A DNA stretch of 29,742 bases from a virus (taxonomy: Duplodnaviria; Caudoviricetes), in the IMG/VR virus record IMGVR_UViG_3300027791_000090, positions 1 to 29,742 of that record, one strand, 5' to 3'. The notes under the pieces were generated by a model. It saw nothing but the letters and a program-made list of their open reading frames with translations, ran no database searches and had not been told where the DNA came from. The translations under genes were made by a program, and so were the position numbers. This document shows positions 1 through 8,640 of this stretch, in pieces; positions within the stretch are counted from its first letter, which is position 1; every line of letters begins with the position of its first letter.

Positions 1-125
1 GGTCTTGCAAGCAATGGAGGGCTGGTAAAAAAGTAGAGGGCTCAGAAGAATTAGAATCAGACGCTTCGCTTCTTGAAATTAATTCAGAACTTTCTAAAGC
101 AGAAACGATCCAAGGAGATTATTGA
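1..125 (+). CDS. 3' end of a phage hypothetical protein (partial)
   Basis: Frame 3 is open from the window edge: (W)SCKQWRAGKKVEGSEELES...QGDY, with TGA at 123-125 overlapping the next ATG (TGATG). Not in the ORF track. Confidence 0.6.
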   Translation, partial: SCKQWRAGKKVEGSEELESDASLLEINSELSKAETIQGDY

Positions 126-313
126 TGCCTGGTCATTTCGCCACTGGTTCTACATTATACCAAGAATTTTTGGCGGAAAGAGAAGAAATTTTAAAACACA
201 AGTGGATTGAATCAGAAAAAGCTGGCGAAGATATAGGTTTTGAAAGAGCTTTATTAACTTGGGTAACTGGACACCGAGTTGAGTGGAAAAAACAACGAGC
301 TGATTTAAAATAA
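125..313 (+). CDS. Small DUF4032-like protein
   Basis: LYQEFLAEREEILKHKWIESEKAGEDIGFERALLTW resembles the DUF4032 motif (EILxHKWxxSExxGxDxG). ATG at 125 with AAGGAG at 112-117. Confidence 0.75.
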   Translation: MPGHFATGSTLYQEFLAEREEILKHKWIESEKAGEDIGFERALLTWVTGHRVEWKKQRADLK

Positions 314-319
314 ATCCTA

Positions 320-577
320 ATGGAACAATTTTTAGGTTTAGTATATACAGTATGCTTTAGCACTTGCATTTGGCCGCAAATAATTAAAAGCGTAAAAACA
401 AAAAAAGTAGAAGACGTCAGTATATCTCTTTTTATTCTTTCTATCATTGGATACGTATCCGCTATATCTTACACTATCCTAAGAGTAGGCTTTGATTTTT
501 GGTGGTTGATAAATTACTGTTTAAGTTTATTATCAGCTATAGTCATGGTTGTGCTGTGGTTTAGATATAAAAAATAA
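320..577 (+). CDS. SemiSWEET / PQ-loop membrane transporter
   Basis: 85 aa with three hydrophobic helices, the PQ motif WPQIIKSVKTKKVEDVS, and a conserved Asn in TM3 (LINY). Confidence 0.85.
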   Translation: MEQFLGLVYTVCFSTCIWPQIIKSVKTKKVEDVSISLFILSIIGYVSAISYTILRVGFDFWWLINYCLSLLSAIVMVVLWFRYKK

Positions 578-579
578 AA

Positions 580-1623
580 ATGAAAAAAGTTATTATTACT
601 GGTGTTACTGGACAAGTCGGATCTTATATGGCTGACTTTTTATTGAAGTTCGCAGATCTAGAAGTTTACGGAGCGATTAGAAGGCTAAGCGTTCCTAATC
701 ATAAAAATATAGAGAAAGCAAAACTAAACCCAAAATTCAAGCTTATTGAAATGGATCTCACTGATGAACATAGCATGTTCAGCATAATTCAAGAAATCAA
801 ACCAGATTACTTTATAAATTTTGCCGCAAACTCTTTTGTGGGCAACAGTTGGCATATGCCAGCTAATCACTTTGACGTAAACGCCTTGGGGGTAATGCGC
901 CAACTAGAAGCTATTCGTAAAATTTGCCCCAATTGTAAATATTACAATGCTGGCTCTTCTGAAGAATTTGGTGATGTTATGTATAGTCCACAAGACCTTA
1001 ATCATCCACCGAGGCCTAGGAGCCCATATGGTGCGTCAAAGGTCGCTGCTAGACAAATCGTTAAAGTTTGGAGAGACTCTTACAAACTGTTTGCCATCCA
1101 AGGTTATCTTTTTAATCATGAATCAGAACGCCGCGGGGAAGAGTTTGTAACCAGAAAAATCTCCATGAATGCAGCTAGAATTAAAAAAGAGCTAGATGAA
1201 GGGAAGACCCCAGAAGCATTTGATTTAGGAAACATCGAAGCTAAGAGAGATTGGAGTCACGCATATGACTTCGTTAGAGCTGTTTGGTTGATGCTTAATG
1301 AAGATAAACCAAAGGATTATTTGCTGGCTTCTGGAGAAACTCATACAGTTAGAGAGTTTGTAGAAAAAGCGTTCGAAGCTGCAGGTATAAAAACTCACTG
1401 GCATGAAGAAGATAACCCCATTAACACGAAATTAATTCATACTGAAACTGGGTCTATCTTATTGAACATTAATAAAGACTTCTATCGTCCAGCCGAAGTC
1501 GAACTTTTGCTTGGTGACCCATCCGAAGCACAAAAAGATTTACACTGGGAAAAAAGCGTTGACTTTTCTACATTAGTGCGTAGGATGGTTGACAATGACA
1601 TTGAAGAAATTAACGCCACATAA
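580..1623 (+). CDS. gmd: GDP-mannose 4,6-dehydratase
   Basis: ITGVTGQVGSY Rossmann motif, AANSFV, SSEEFG, PRSPYGASK (YxxxK), LFNHESERRGEEFVTRKI, LGNIEAKRDW, YRPAEVELLLGD. Confidence 0.95.
   Translation: MKKVIITGVTGQVGSYMADFLLKFADLEVYGAIRRLSVPNHKNIEKAKLNPKFKLIEMDLTDEHSMFSIIQEIKPDYFINFAANSFVGNSWHMPANHFDVNALGVMRQLEAIRKICPNCKYYNAGSSEEFGDVMYSPQDLNHPPRPRSPYGASKVAARQIVKVWRDSYKLFAIQGYLFNHESERRGEEFVTRKISMNAARIKKELDEGKTPEAFDLGNIEAKRDWSHAYDFVRAVWLMLNEDKPKDYLLASGETHTVREFVEKAFEAAGIKTHWHEEDNPINTKLIHTETGSILLNINKDFYRPAEVELLLGDPSEAQKDLHWEKSVDFSTLVRRMVDNDIEEINAT
1559..1586 (+). promoter_or_regulatory. sigma70-like promoter inside the 3' end of gmd
   Basis: TTGACT(1559-64)-N16-TAGGAT(1581-86), 8 nt before ATG 1595. 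Confidence 0.55.
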
Positions 1624-1951
1624 AAGACGACAAGCCGTCATTGGCAAACTGATCGATGTACCATCAGTCCAAAAAAGATTCTTTTGGGCCAGGGAAATGA
1701 AGCTTTTAAAAGACCTAGAAGCTAGGTATTCTTTGGATTTCTTAGAAATTGTTACTTTTCCTAAGAAGTACGATAGCCTTGCATATATAGTATCTAAGGC
1801 TCTTAAGGACACGATGGATAGAAAGTGGAGGAATTTCAACTTTAAAGTTGACCTATCTAAATATGACACTATTATTTTAGGAGAAAAGACTGGAAAAGAT
1901 TACGTACCCAGTGATAATAAACCAAAGAATACAAAAGATTTACTTAAATGA
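1595..1951 (+). CDS. Hypothetical basic protein
   Basis: Lys-rich ORF overlapping the end of gmd and coupled to recA by ATGA. ATG 1595 preferred to TTG 1589. Confidence 0.7.
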   Translation: MTLKKLTPHKRRQAVIGKLIDVPSVQKRFFWAREMKLLKDLEARYSLDFLEIVTFPKKYDSLAYIVSKALKDTMDRKWRNFNFKVDLSKYDTIILGEKTGKDYVPSDNKPKNTKDLLK

Positions 1952-3060
1952 GCGATAAAGATTCAGAAATACTAGAAAAGTTCCTTAAAGACAAAAAAGG
2001 ACAACATTATAACTTCGAGGAAACGATTGACTACAAGGCATCCAGTGGGTCTCTTCAACTCGACTTGAACCTAAATGGTGGCTTCGGGCCAGGATTACAC
2101 AGGTTTGTGGGCATGAACGAGGGCGGCAAAACTTCTGCAGCTTTAGAGGTCATGAAGAATATGCTTAACACCCAAAAGCAAGCCAAAGGTTTTTACATCA
2201 AAGCTGAAGGTCGTCTTTCAAACGAGATGGTAGCTCGGGCTGGCGTCAAGTTTGTGTATAATGCAAAAGATTGGGTAAATGGCACCTGCTTTGTTTTTGA
2301 AAGTAATATTTATGAGGTTGTAGTCGACGCTATCAAGACCTTAGTTGACCAAAACGAAGATAAGCAGCGCTACTGCTTCATATTAGATTCTGTTGACGGC
2401 TTAATATCTCAAGTAGATATTGATAAATCCTTTTATGATTCTAACAAAGTGGCTGGCGGAGCAGTAATTGCAGCGAACTTTATGAAGAGAATGTCCATTT
2501 CTCTTGCAAAAAGGGGTCATATGGCCATTTTCATCAGCCAAGTGAGGGCAGACATCAAGTTAGACCCCTACTCCAAAGCTCCGATACGTCAGACGTCAGC
2601 AACGGGAGGCAATGCACTTTTACACTTTGCCAACTACATTATTGAGTTTGAGCCTCGATTTAGATCTGATATGATTTTACAAGACCCAACAAAGAAGCAG
2701 CCAGACCCTAAGACCAACCCTATTATTGGTCATTGGGCCAAAGCTACGATTAAGAAGTCCCCAAATGAGAAGACCAATAATACCATTCCGTACCCTATCA
2801 GATATGGTAGAACTGGCGGCAAGTCTATTTGGGTAGAAAAAGAACTCGTCGACTTGTTGTATATGTGGGAGTTCGTCACCAAAAAAGGTGCTTGGATTAC
2901 AATTGGCGAAGAGTTTAAGGAACTTGTTGCTGGCGTTACGCAAGATTTGCCAGAAAAGATACAAGGAGAAGCTAATCTATTTAAGATGATTGAAGAAAAT
3001 GAGGAGCTTTCTGAGTTTTTAATTAATTATTTTAAATCCAATATTGGTGAATTAATTTGA
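1948..3060 (+). CDS. recA: RecA/UvsX-like recombinase
   Basis: SSGSLQLDLNLNGG, Walker A GMNEGGKT, catalytic Glu in IKAEG, Walker B ILDSV, FISQVR, TGGNALLHFA, KKGAWI. Confidence 0.9.
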   Translation: MSDKDSEILEKFLKDKKGQHYNFEETIDYKASSGSLQLDLNLNGGFGPGLHRFVGMNEGGKTSAALEVMKNMLNTQKQAKGFYIKAEGRLSNEMVARAGVKFVYNAKDWVNGTCFVFESNIYEVVVDAIKTLVDQNEDKQRYCFILDSVDGLISQVDIDKSFYDSNKVAGGAVIAANFMKRMSISLAKRGHMAIFISQVRADIKLDPYSKAPIRQTSATGGNALLHFANYIIEFEPRFRSDMILQDPTKKQPDPKTNPIIGHWAKATIKKSPNEKTNNTIPYPIRYGRTGGKSIWVEKELVDLLYMWEFVTKKGAWITIGEEFKELVAGVTQDLPEKIQGEANLFKMIEENEELSEFLINYFKSNIGELI

Positions 3061-3458
3061 AATTCTTAACCCTATATGGTAAAGAAAAGCCTCTTAAAAG
3101 CCCACATAAGTATAAAATTAAGTGGAACGGTAAATGCCGTAGCAAATTCCAAGCAGAGGTAAGAAAATACATATATAAGCATTGGAGATATGATGCTGTA
3201 TATGAGGAATTCAGGGTTATAGGCACTCAATTATCTTTAGATTTCTACAACCACAATAGAAAAATAGCGATTGAAGTGCAAGGAGCCCAGCATTTACAGT
3301 TTGTAAAGCATTTTCATAAGACTAGGGCTAACTTTATTCGCCAAATACGTAGAGATAACAAAAAAATAGAATTTTGTGAAATGAACGACATAAGATTAAT
3401 AGAAATTTACCCAGATGACGAATTATCAGAAGATTTTTTCGCAAACCTTTTAGGGTAG
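3057..3458 (+). CDS. PD-(D/E)XK endonuclease, DUF559/Vsr-like
   Basis: SKFQ...EEF...LDFY...IAIEVQGAQH...RDNKK..FC...IRLIEI, the typical phage DUF559-like pattern. TTG start overlaps the recA stop. Confidence 0.8.
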   Translation: MKFLTLYGKEKPLKSPHKYKIKWNGKCRSKFQAEVRKYIYKHWRYDAVYEEFRVIGTQLSLDFYNHNRKIAIEVQGAQHLQFVKHFHKTRANFIRQIRRDNKKIEFCEMNDIRLIEIYPDDELSEDFFANLLG

Positions 3459-3463
3459 TGTAA
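3458..3463 (+). promoter_or_regulatory. GTGTAA motif, candidate phage-specific promoter
   Basis: GTGTAA 10 nt before ATG 3474. The same motif recurs before starts at 12970, 28133(-) and 29314. Confidence 0.5.
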
Positions 3464-3473
3464 AATATTGAGG

Positions 3474-3722
3474 ATGGAATCTAAACCTAAATTTAAAAAT
3501 TTTGAATTACCCCCTAAAATTCTGACGCAATTATATGAACTTACGGGTGGGGCAGAGTCCTATAAGGGCTTTATAATAGCTTACTGCAATGAAGATGGTA
3601 CTCCAGTCGTCTACACAAACTGCGAGTCTCAAATTACAGAGTCTGGGCTTATTAAATCTATAGAAAATTACATAACCGAGTATACCCAAAATAGTTATGA
3701 ATTGAGCCAAGAGTCAGAATAG
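3474..3722 (+). CDS. Hypothetical protein
   Basis: 82-aa ORF filling the gap between the nuclease and the helicase. ATG at 3474. Confidence 0.7.
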   Translation: MESKPKFKNFELPPKILTQLYELTGGAESYKGFIIAYCNEDGTPVVYTNCESQITESGLIKSIENYITEYTQNSYELSQESE

Positions 3723-3725
3723 TGC

Positions 3726-3753
3726 TTGACAAGCCAAGCGCTTTATGTAGTAT
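3726..3753 (+). promoter_or_regulatory. sigma70-like promoter for the helicase operon
   Basis: TTGACA(3726-31)-N16-TAGTAT(3748-53), 9 nt before ATG 3763; intergenic. Confidence 0.7.
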
Positions 3754-3762
3754 GGGCTACAT

Positions 3763-5277
3763 ATGATATATAGTCTTGAAATTGAAAAGCAGGTTTTAGC
3801 AGCCTTTATACAAAAACCAAATACACTCATAAACTTCATGCACCTGATTGGTGAATCGGATTTTTATGATGGATCGCTATTGCACAAAACTATTTTTGCG
3901 GTTATAAAGAGGGCTTGTCAAAAAGACGAAAGTATCGATGACATAGTATTGGTCCAAAGGATCAAAGATTTAGGGATAAAGTTTGAGGAAGATATTTCTC
4001 TAGTTGATTATGTAAGATCTCTTTCGATGAGGAGGATCAACTCAGAAGAAAAGGTTGAGTCGTCCATCAAAGAGCTTAAAAAATATAGCGTTCGAAGAGA
4101 GATTACTAAAACAGCCAATAACATAGCGCAATCAATGAAAAGTGTATCTACGGACACTTCATACTTAAAGATCATTGAAAACGCCGATAAGATATATAAC
4201 GATAAAATTAATTTATTTGAGGTCGGTGATGATGTTCCGTCAAATATTTATGAGGAGATGGAAGACTTTATCGAAGATCGAGGCAACAACCCAATCGATG
4301 AGTTTGGCATGATGGGCCCACACCCAAAGATCAATGAGATTTATGGGTCTCTTTTGCGACCAGGAAATATCACGGTCATTGTCGCACGTTCTGGAGTAGG
4401 TAAGACTCAGTTTTGTATGCACTACGCTACCCAAGTTTCAGCCAGGTATGATGTTCCAGTTTTGCACTTCGACAATGGAGAGATGAGTAAAGAAGAATTG
4501 ATCATTCGACAATGTGCTTCTATTTCTGGAGTCGCGTCCCACTTGTTAGAAAGCGGTAAGTGGAGGCAGGCTGGACCAGAGGTCGTCTCTAAAGTGCGCT
4601 CCGTCTGGAGCAAAGTCAAGAAGCTTCAGTTTTACTACTACAACGTCGGCGGTATGGACGTTGACTCTATGATAAACACTCTAAAACGTTTTTATTATTC
4701 AAAGGTTGGTCGCGGCAACAAGATGGTATTTTCTTTTGATTATATTAAAACATCTTCAGAGAATGGTGGCAACAAAAGCGAATGGCAAACAGTTGGCGAA
4801 ATGGTAGATAAGTTTAAGAAGTGCATACAGAAAGAAATATTAGAAGAAGGCAATCCAGTAATACCAATGATTACATCCGTCCAGTCGAATCGTAGCGGCA
4901 TCACTACTAACCGTCAGAGCGCAAACATCGTTGATGACGAGTCTATCGTTTCTCTCTCTGACCGCATCACTCAATTCTGCTCTCATATGTTCATTCTACG
5001 CCAGAAAACAAATGACGAAGTTGCAGAAGAAGGCAATCAGTTTGGCACACATAAACTCATTAACGTAAAGTCTAGACACTTGGGTAAAGATATCGCGGGC
5101 GCAGTCGAGCCTGTTCAAGTCGACGACAACCTTCGTAAGAATTTTGTTAATCTATCTTTTATGAACTTTAACATCACAGAGTGTGGGGATTTACGAGATA
5201 TCGTAAACTTCAGAGATACTGGCGGGGATTTAAATCAATCTTCTTCCAACGGAATTCCTTCATTTGATGACCTATAG
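3763..5277 (+). CDS. dnaB: Replicative DnaB-like (SF4) helicase
   Basis: N-domain SLEIEKQVLA, Walker A ARSGVGKT, NGEMS, Walker B FDYIK, SVQSNR, VKSRH arginine finger. Confidence 0.92.
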   Translation: MIYSLEIEKQVLAAFIQKPNTLINFMHLIGESDFYDGSLLHKTIFAVIKRACQKDESIDDIVLVQRIKDLGIKFEEDISLVDYVRSLSMRRINSEEKVESSIKELKKYSVRREITKTANNIAQSMKSVSTDTSYLKIIENADKIYNDKINLFEVGDDVPSNIYEEMEDFIEDRGNNPIDEFGMMGPHPKINEIYGSLLRPGNITVIVARSGVGKTQFCMHYATQVSARYDVPVLHFDNGEMSKEELIIRQCASISGVASHLLESGKWRQAGPEVVSKVRSVWSKVKKLQFYYYNVGGMDVDSMINTLKRFYYSKVGRGNKMVFSFDYIKTSSENGGNKSEWQTVGEMVDKFKKCIQKEILEEGNPVIPMITSVQSNRSGITTNRQSANIVDDESIVSLSDRITQFCSHMFILRQKTNDEVAEEGNQFGTHKLINVKSRHLGKDIAGAVEPVQVDDNLRKNFVNLSFMNFNITECGDLRDIVNFRDTGGDLNQSSSNGIPSFDDL

Positions 5278-6307
5278 AGAATCATTAGATAAGTTGGGCT
5301 ACCCGCTCCAAGATTGCGGCTCTCATTGGAGAACTCGGGCTATATATAGAAATGGAAAAACAAACACTTCTGTTATTATCTATAAAGACAGCGGTGTTTG
5401 GAAAGATTTTGGCGGAGACAACCAAGCTAAACCTTTTTCTGCTTTAGTGCAGGAAACATTAAATACAAACGACCCCAAGACGCTCAAAGAATATTTGATT
5501 GACGCTCCAGATCAACAATATAAACCCAAACTTATAGAAGAGAAAATAGAAATGGAAAAAATATATCCCGAATCCCATTTAGATAAGCTTCTGCCAATGA
5601 AGACTTTCTATGAAAAAAGAGGCATCTCTTCTAAAACTCAAGATAAGTTTAAATGCGGTTATGCTGGCGGTGGTAAAATGTACCGCAGGATTGTATTCCC
5701 CATTTATGATTTAGATAACCAGATACACGGTTTCTCTGGTCGCAGTGTTACGGATGATAAAAACATTCCTAAGTGGAAACATATGGGTCGTAAAACAAAT
5801 TGGGTTTATCCCCATCATCTTTCGTGCAAAAGCATAGAAGAAAAAGAGGAAGTTATACTCGTAGAAAGCATCGGCGATTGTATGTCTCTTCATGAAGCTG
5901 GCCATGATAACGTATTAATGTTAGCTGGTTTAGATATCTCAGCAAAAATGATTTCTTACCTTAACTCATTCAACTTGAAGAGAATTATTATTTCTACAAA
6001 TAACGACGATAGCAAAGAGGTAAATACGGGAGCCTTAGCTTCAATAAAAATTGCAGCGAAGTTATCTTCGGTATTTGATTTATCATTAATAAAAATCAAC
6101 CCACCAGTTTGTAATGATTTTGGCGAGATGCTAGAATGCGATACGGGCATGTTAGACAATTTTAAACAGTGGTATGAACGAAAAAATAAGTGGAGTTTAG
6201 GAGAAGATTCTTTTCAACGGTACATTGTTAAACAAATAAACAAATACGAGCAACTGAAAAAAAATGGACAGTGCAAAAAATTAATTAAAATTTTAAATGG
6301 AAGTTAA
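5267..6307 (+). CDS. dnaG: DnaG-like DNA primase
   Basis: RRIVFPIYD...HGFSGR, PKWKH, TOPRIM VESIGD, NDFGEM; follows the helicase. Confidence 0.85.
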   Translation: MTYRESLDKLGYPLQDCGSHWRTRAIYRNGKTNTSVIIYKDSGVWKDFGGDNQAKPFSALVQETLNTNDPKTLKEYLIDAPDQQYKPKLIEEKIEMEKIYPESHLDKLLPMKTFYEKRGISSKTQDKFKCGYAGGGKMYRRIVFPIYDLDNQIHGFSGRSVTDDKNIPKWKHMGRKTNWVYPHHLSCKSIEEKEEVILVESIGDCMSLHEAGHDNVLMLAGLDISAKMISYLNSFNLKRIIISTNNDDSKEVNTGALASIKIAAKLSSVFDLSLIKINPPVCNDFGEMLECDTGMLDNFKQWYERKNKWSLGEDSFQRYIVKQINKYEQLKKNGQCKKLIKILNGS

Positions 6308-7295
6308 ACTATCAGCAAGCCGCATTAAGACGGCGCAATCGTGCAGTTGGATATACTGGAGCAAGTACAAACAAAAACTGCCCGATACAAATAATGACGG
6401 AGCTCGTCGGGGTACGGTGTGCCATAATGTTTTTGAATTCCTTTCTAAACAAAAAACCAAAACCCACTATAATAAAGTAGTGAAGTCTAAAGACCCGTTT
6501 GCTTCTAAAGCCGTTCAGGATTTGATCATGTCAGACGCTACAGAGCTTGGAGTTACAGATGATGATAATATGAATCTAATAAAACAAATGATTCTTAACG
6601 GACTTAGTTGCAATTTTCACGGAGAAGATCTGGGTATACCAGACGAAGCTCATGCCGAGTTAGATTTTGACATAGAGCAAAATGGTTATCATATTCGCGG
6701 GTTTATTGACCAATTATTTCTGTATAAAGATAAAAAGATAGCCATTATTCGAGATTATAAGACTAGCAAAAAAATGTTTGAGGGTAAGGAAAAGGAAGAT
6801 AATCTTCAAGATTACATGTATTCACTTGCGGTCAAAACTCTTTTTCCAGAATATGTGAATAGGACTTCTGAGTTTTTATTTTTAAAGTTTGACTTAGATA
6901 AAAAAGGGCTGATGAAAATGAACCCTATTGACGAAGATGACCTAGAAGGTTTTGAACTACAACTATCTTCGGTTCAGGATTATTTAGAAAACTTTGATGA
7001 AAAAGACGCCGTATCAAATTTTGCTATAGACAAAGGCTTTCCAGATGATGGCTCGTTTGGGGGCAGGCTCCAATGCGGTTTCGCTAAAGAAAAAGGCCAA
7101 CTTAAAAAGGACGGCAGCGTTATGTGGCACTGCCCCTATAAGTTCGACTTTTGGCACGTTAGCATCTTAGACAAAGATGGGGAGTTTCATTCTTCTTGCT
7201 TTCAAGACGACTTTAAAAAGGACATGGTTCCAGAGGGCGGAAGCCATGAATTAAAATATTACGAAGGCTGCCCAAAACACTTGACAAATAGATAA
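6297..7295 (+). CDS. PD-(D/E)XK exonuclease, Cas4/AddB-like
   Basis: LSASRI..AQSC, GTVCH, RGFIDQL, RDYKT, QDYMY, plus C-terminal cysteines (LQCG, HCPY, GCPKH). Confidence 0.85.
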   Translation: MEVKLSASRIKTAQSCSWIYWSKYKQKLPDTNNDGARRGTVCHNVFEFLSKQKTKTHYNKVVKSKDPFASKAVQDLIMSDATELGVTDDDNMNLIKQMILNGLSCNFHGEDLGIPDEAHAELDFDIEQNGYHIRGFIDQLFLYKDKKIAIIRDYKTSKKMFEGKEKEDNLQDYMYSLAVKTLFPEYVNRTSEFLFLKFDLDKKGLMKMNPIDEDDLEGFELQLSSVQDYLENFDEKDAVSNFAIDKGFPDDGSFGGRLQCGFAKEKGQLKKDGSVMWHCPYKFDFWHVSILDKDGEFHSSCFQDDFKKDMVPEGGSHELKYYEGCPKHLTNR

Positions 7296-7308
7296 TAGTA
7301 TGTACATT
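7281..7308 (+). promoter_or_regulatory. sigma70-like promoter for the polymerase genes
   Basis: TTGACA(7281-86)-N16-TACATT(7303-08), 7 nt before ATG 7316. Confidence 0.6.
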
Positions 7309-7315
7309 GTTACAT

Positions 7316-8005
7316 ATGACGCCTTTATTTAAAACTCATTTTTCTATAGGTCGCAGCATTCTACGCATTGAAGATGTAGAAAGAATCTGCAAAGACGAAG
7401 AAATAAACGAAATCTTCTTGGTTGAAGATTCAATGACTGGCTTCCCAGAAGCTTTTAAAACCCTTGCAGATAAGTTAAGATTCGGTTTCCGCTTTTCTGT
7501 TTACAACGAAGACCTTAGTGAAGAGTCCGAAAGTAAAATGATTGCTTTTCCAGATGGAGACGCGGGAGCCAAAGAATTATATTCGCTGTACACCGAGAGC
7601 TTTGATAAAAAAATTGTAAACCCATGGGATCATACAAAAAATATAGCGTATGCTGTCCCTTTCTACGATTCCTTTTTGCATAAAAATTTAACTTCATTCT
7701 CAAACTGCATGATCGATCTTCCGTCTGATATTCTCTTCTTCGTAGAAAGAAATAGTTTACCATTTGATTCAATTCTTGAAGAAAAAATTATAGATTACGT
7801 TACGAACACTTTTGGAAACACTGATAAATATATTGAGTTAGCAAAATCAATTTATTACGAGAGTATGGAGGACGTCAGCGCATTTCAAACATACAAATGC
7901 ATTTGCAATCGTAAGCCTGGTAGACAAGCTAGTTTGTCGAATCCGCGGCTTGATCATTTTGGCAGCGATCGTTTTTGCATAGAAGCCTGGAAGGAGGAGA
8001 AATAA
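7316..8005 (+). CDS. Stand-alone, degenerate PHP domain of DNA polymerase III alpha
   Basis: PLFKTHFSIGRSIL ~ HLHxHSxYSxxDG; LVEDSMTG ~ TDHxxMxG; AKSIYYESMEDVSAFQTYKCI...SLSNP...FGSDRF ~ ATNDVHY...DAxAHxxLLCI...LxDP..RF. Confidence 0.75.
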   Translation: MTPLFKTHFSIGRSILRIEDVERICKDEEINEIFLVEDSMTGFPEAFKTLADKLRFGFRFSVYNEDLSEESESKMIAFPDGDAGAKELYSLYTESFDKKIVNPWDHTKNIAYAVPFYDSFLHKNLTSFSNCMIDLPSDILFFVERNSLPFDSILEEKIIDYVTNTFGNTDKYIELAKSIYYESMEDVSAFQTYKCICNRKPGRQASLSNPRLDHFGSDRFCIEAWKEEK

Positions 8006-8007
8006 TA

Positions 8008-8640
8008 ATGGAAGATTTACTTAGATTTAAATTTGATCAAAAATACGTTATCTTTGATACCGAAACCGAGGGCCTAAATCTCGTTTCTTCAAAGCCTTGG
8101 CAACTTGCTTGGATCGAGGCTAAGGGTAAAAAAATCATCAAAAAGCAAAACAGATTTTTAATGTGGGAGGACTTAAATGTTTCAGAGGATGCCGCAAGAA
8201 TTACTGGCTTCAGTAAAAAAGATTACGTCTCTAAAGCCGAAGATCCAGCCGTAGTTTTCAAAGAGTTTATGGATCTAATAAGCCAGGACGATGTCATTGT
8301 CGTAGGCCAGAATATTCTTGGCTACGACTTATATATGCTTGGGGTTATCGCCCGTAATTTAAATACAAAAGTAGATTACTCTTTTGCTAAGCGGTGCTTT
8401 GACACCAAAGCAATTGCCACAGCCATAGCCAAAGACAACAAAAACCCAGATAAGGAAGATTTCCTAGCTTGGCAATTAAGATATCTTAACTATAGAGAAA
8501 GAGGTCTCAAGTCTAGTCAAAAGTTTCTGTTGCAGCATTATGATATTGACTTTGACGAAGGAAAGCTACATGATGCTCTATACGATATAGAAAAGAACTT
8601 TGAAATATTTCAAAAACAATTATGGGAATTAGAAATTTAA
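8008..8640 (+). CDS. dnaQ: DnaQ-like DEDDh 3'-5' exonuclease
   Basis: ExoI FDTETEG, ExoII GQNILGYD, FDT, ExoIII HDALYD. AAGGAGG at 7991-7997 supports ATG 8008. Confidence 0.9.
   Translation: MEDLLRFKFDQKYVIFDTETEGLNLVSSKPWQLAWIEAKGKKIIKKQNRFLMWEDLNVSEDAARITGFSKKDYVSKAEDPAVVFKEFMDLISQDDVIVVGQNILGYDLYMLGVIARNLNTKVDYSFAKRCFDTKAIATAIAKDNKNPDKEDFLAWQLRYLNYRERGLKSSQKFLLQHYDIDFDEGKLHDALYDIEKNFEIFQKQLWELEI

Noticed and set aside
6297-7295. Cas4-like nuclease as a sign of CRISPR-Cas
   Set aside because: No array or other cas genes are present; stand-alone Cas4-like nucleases are common in phage replication modules.
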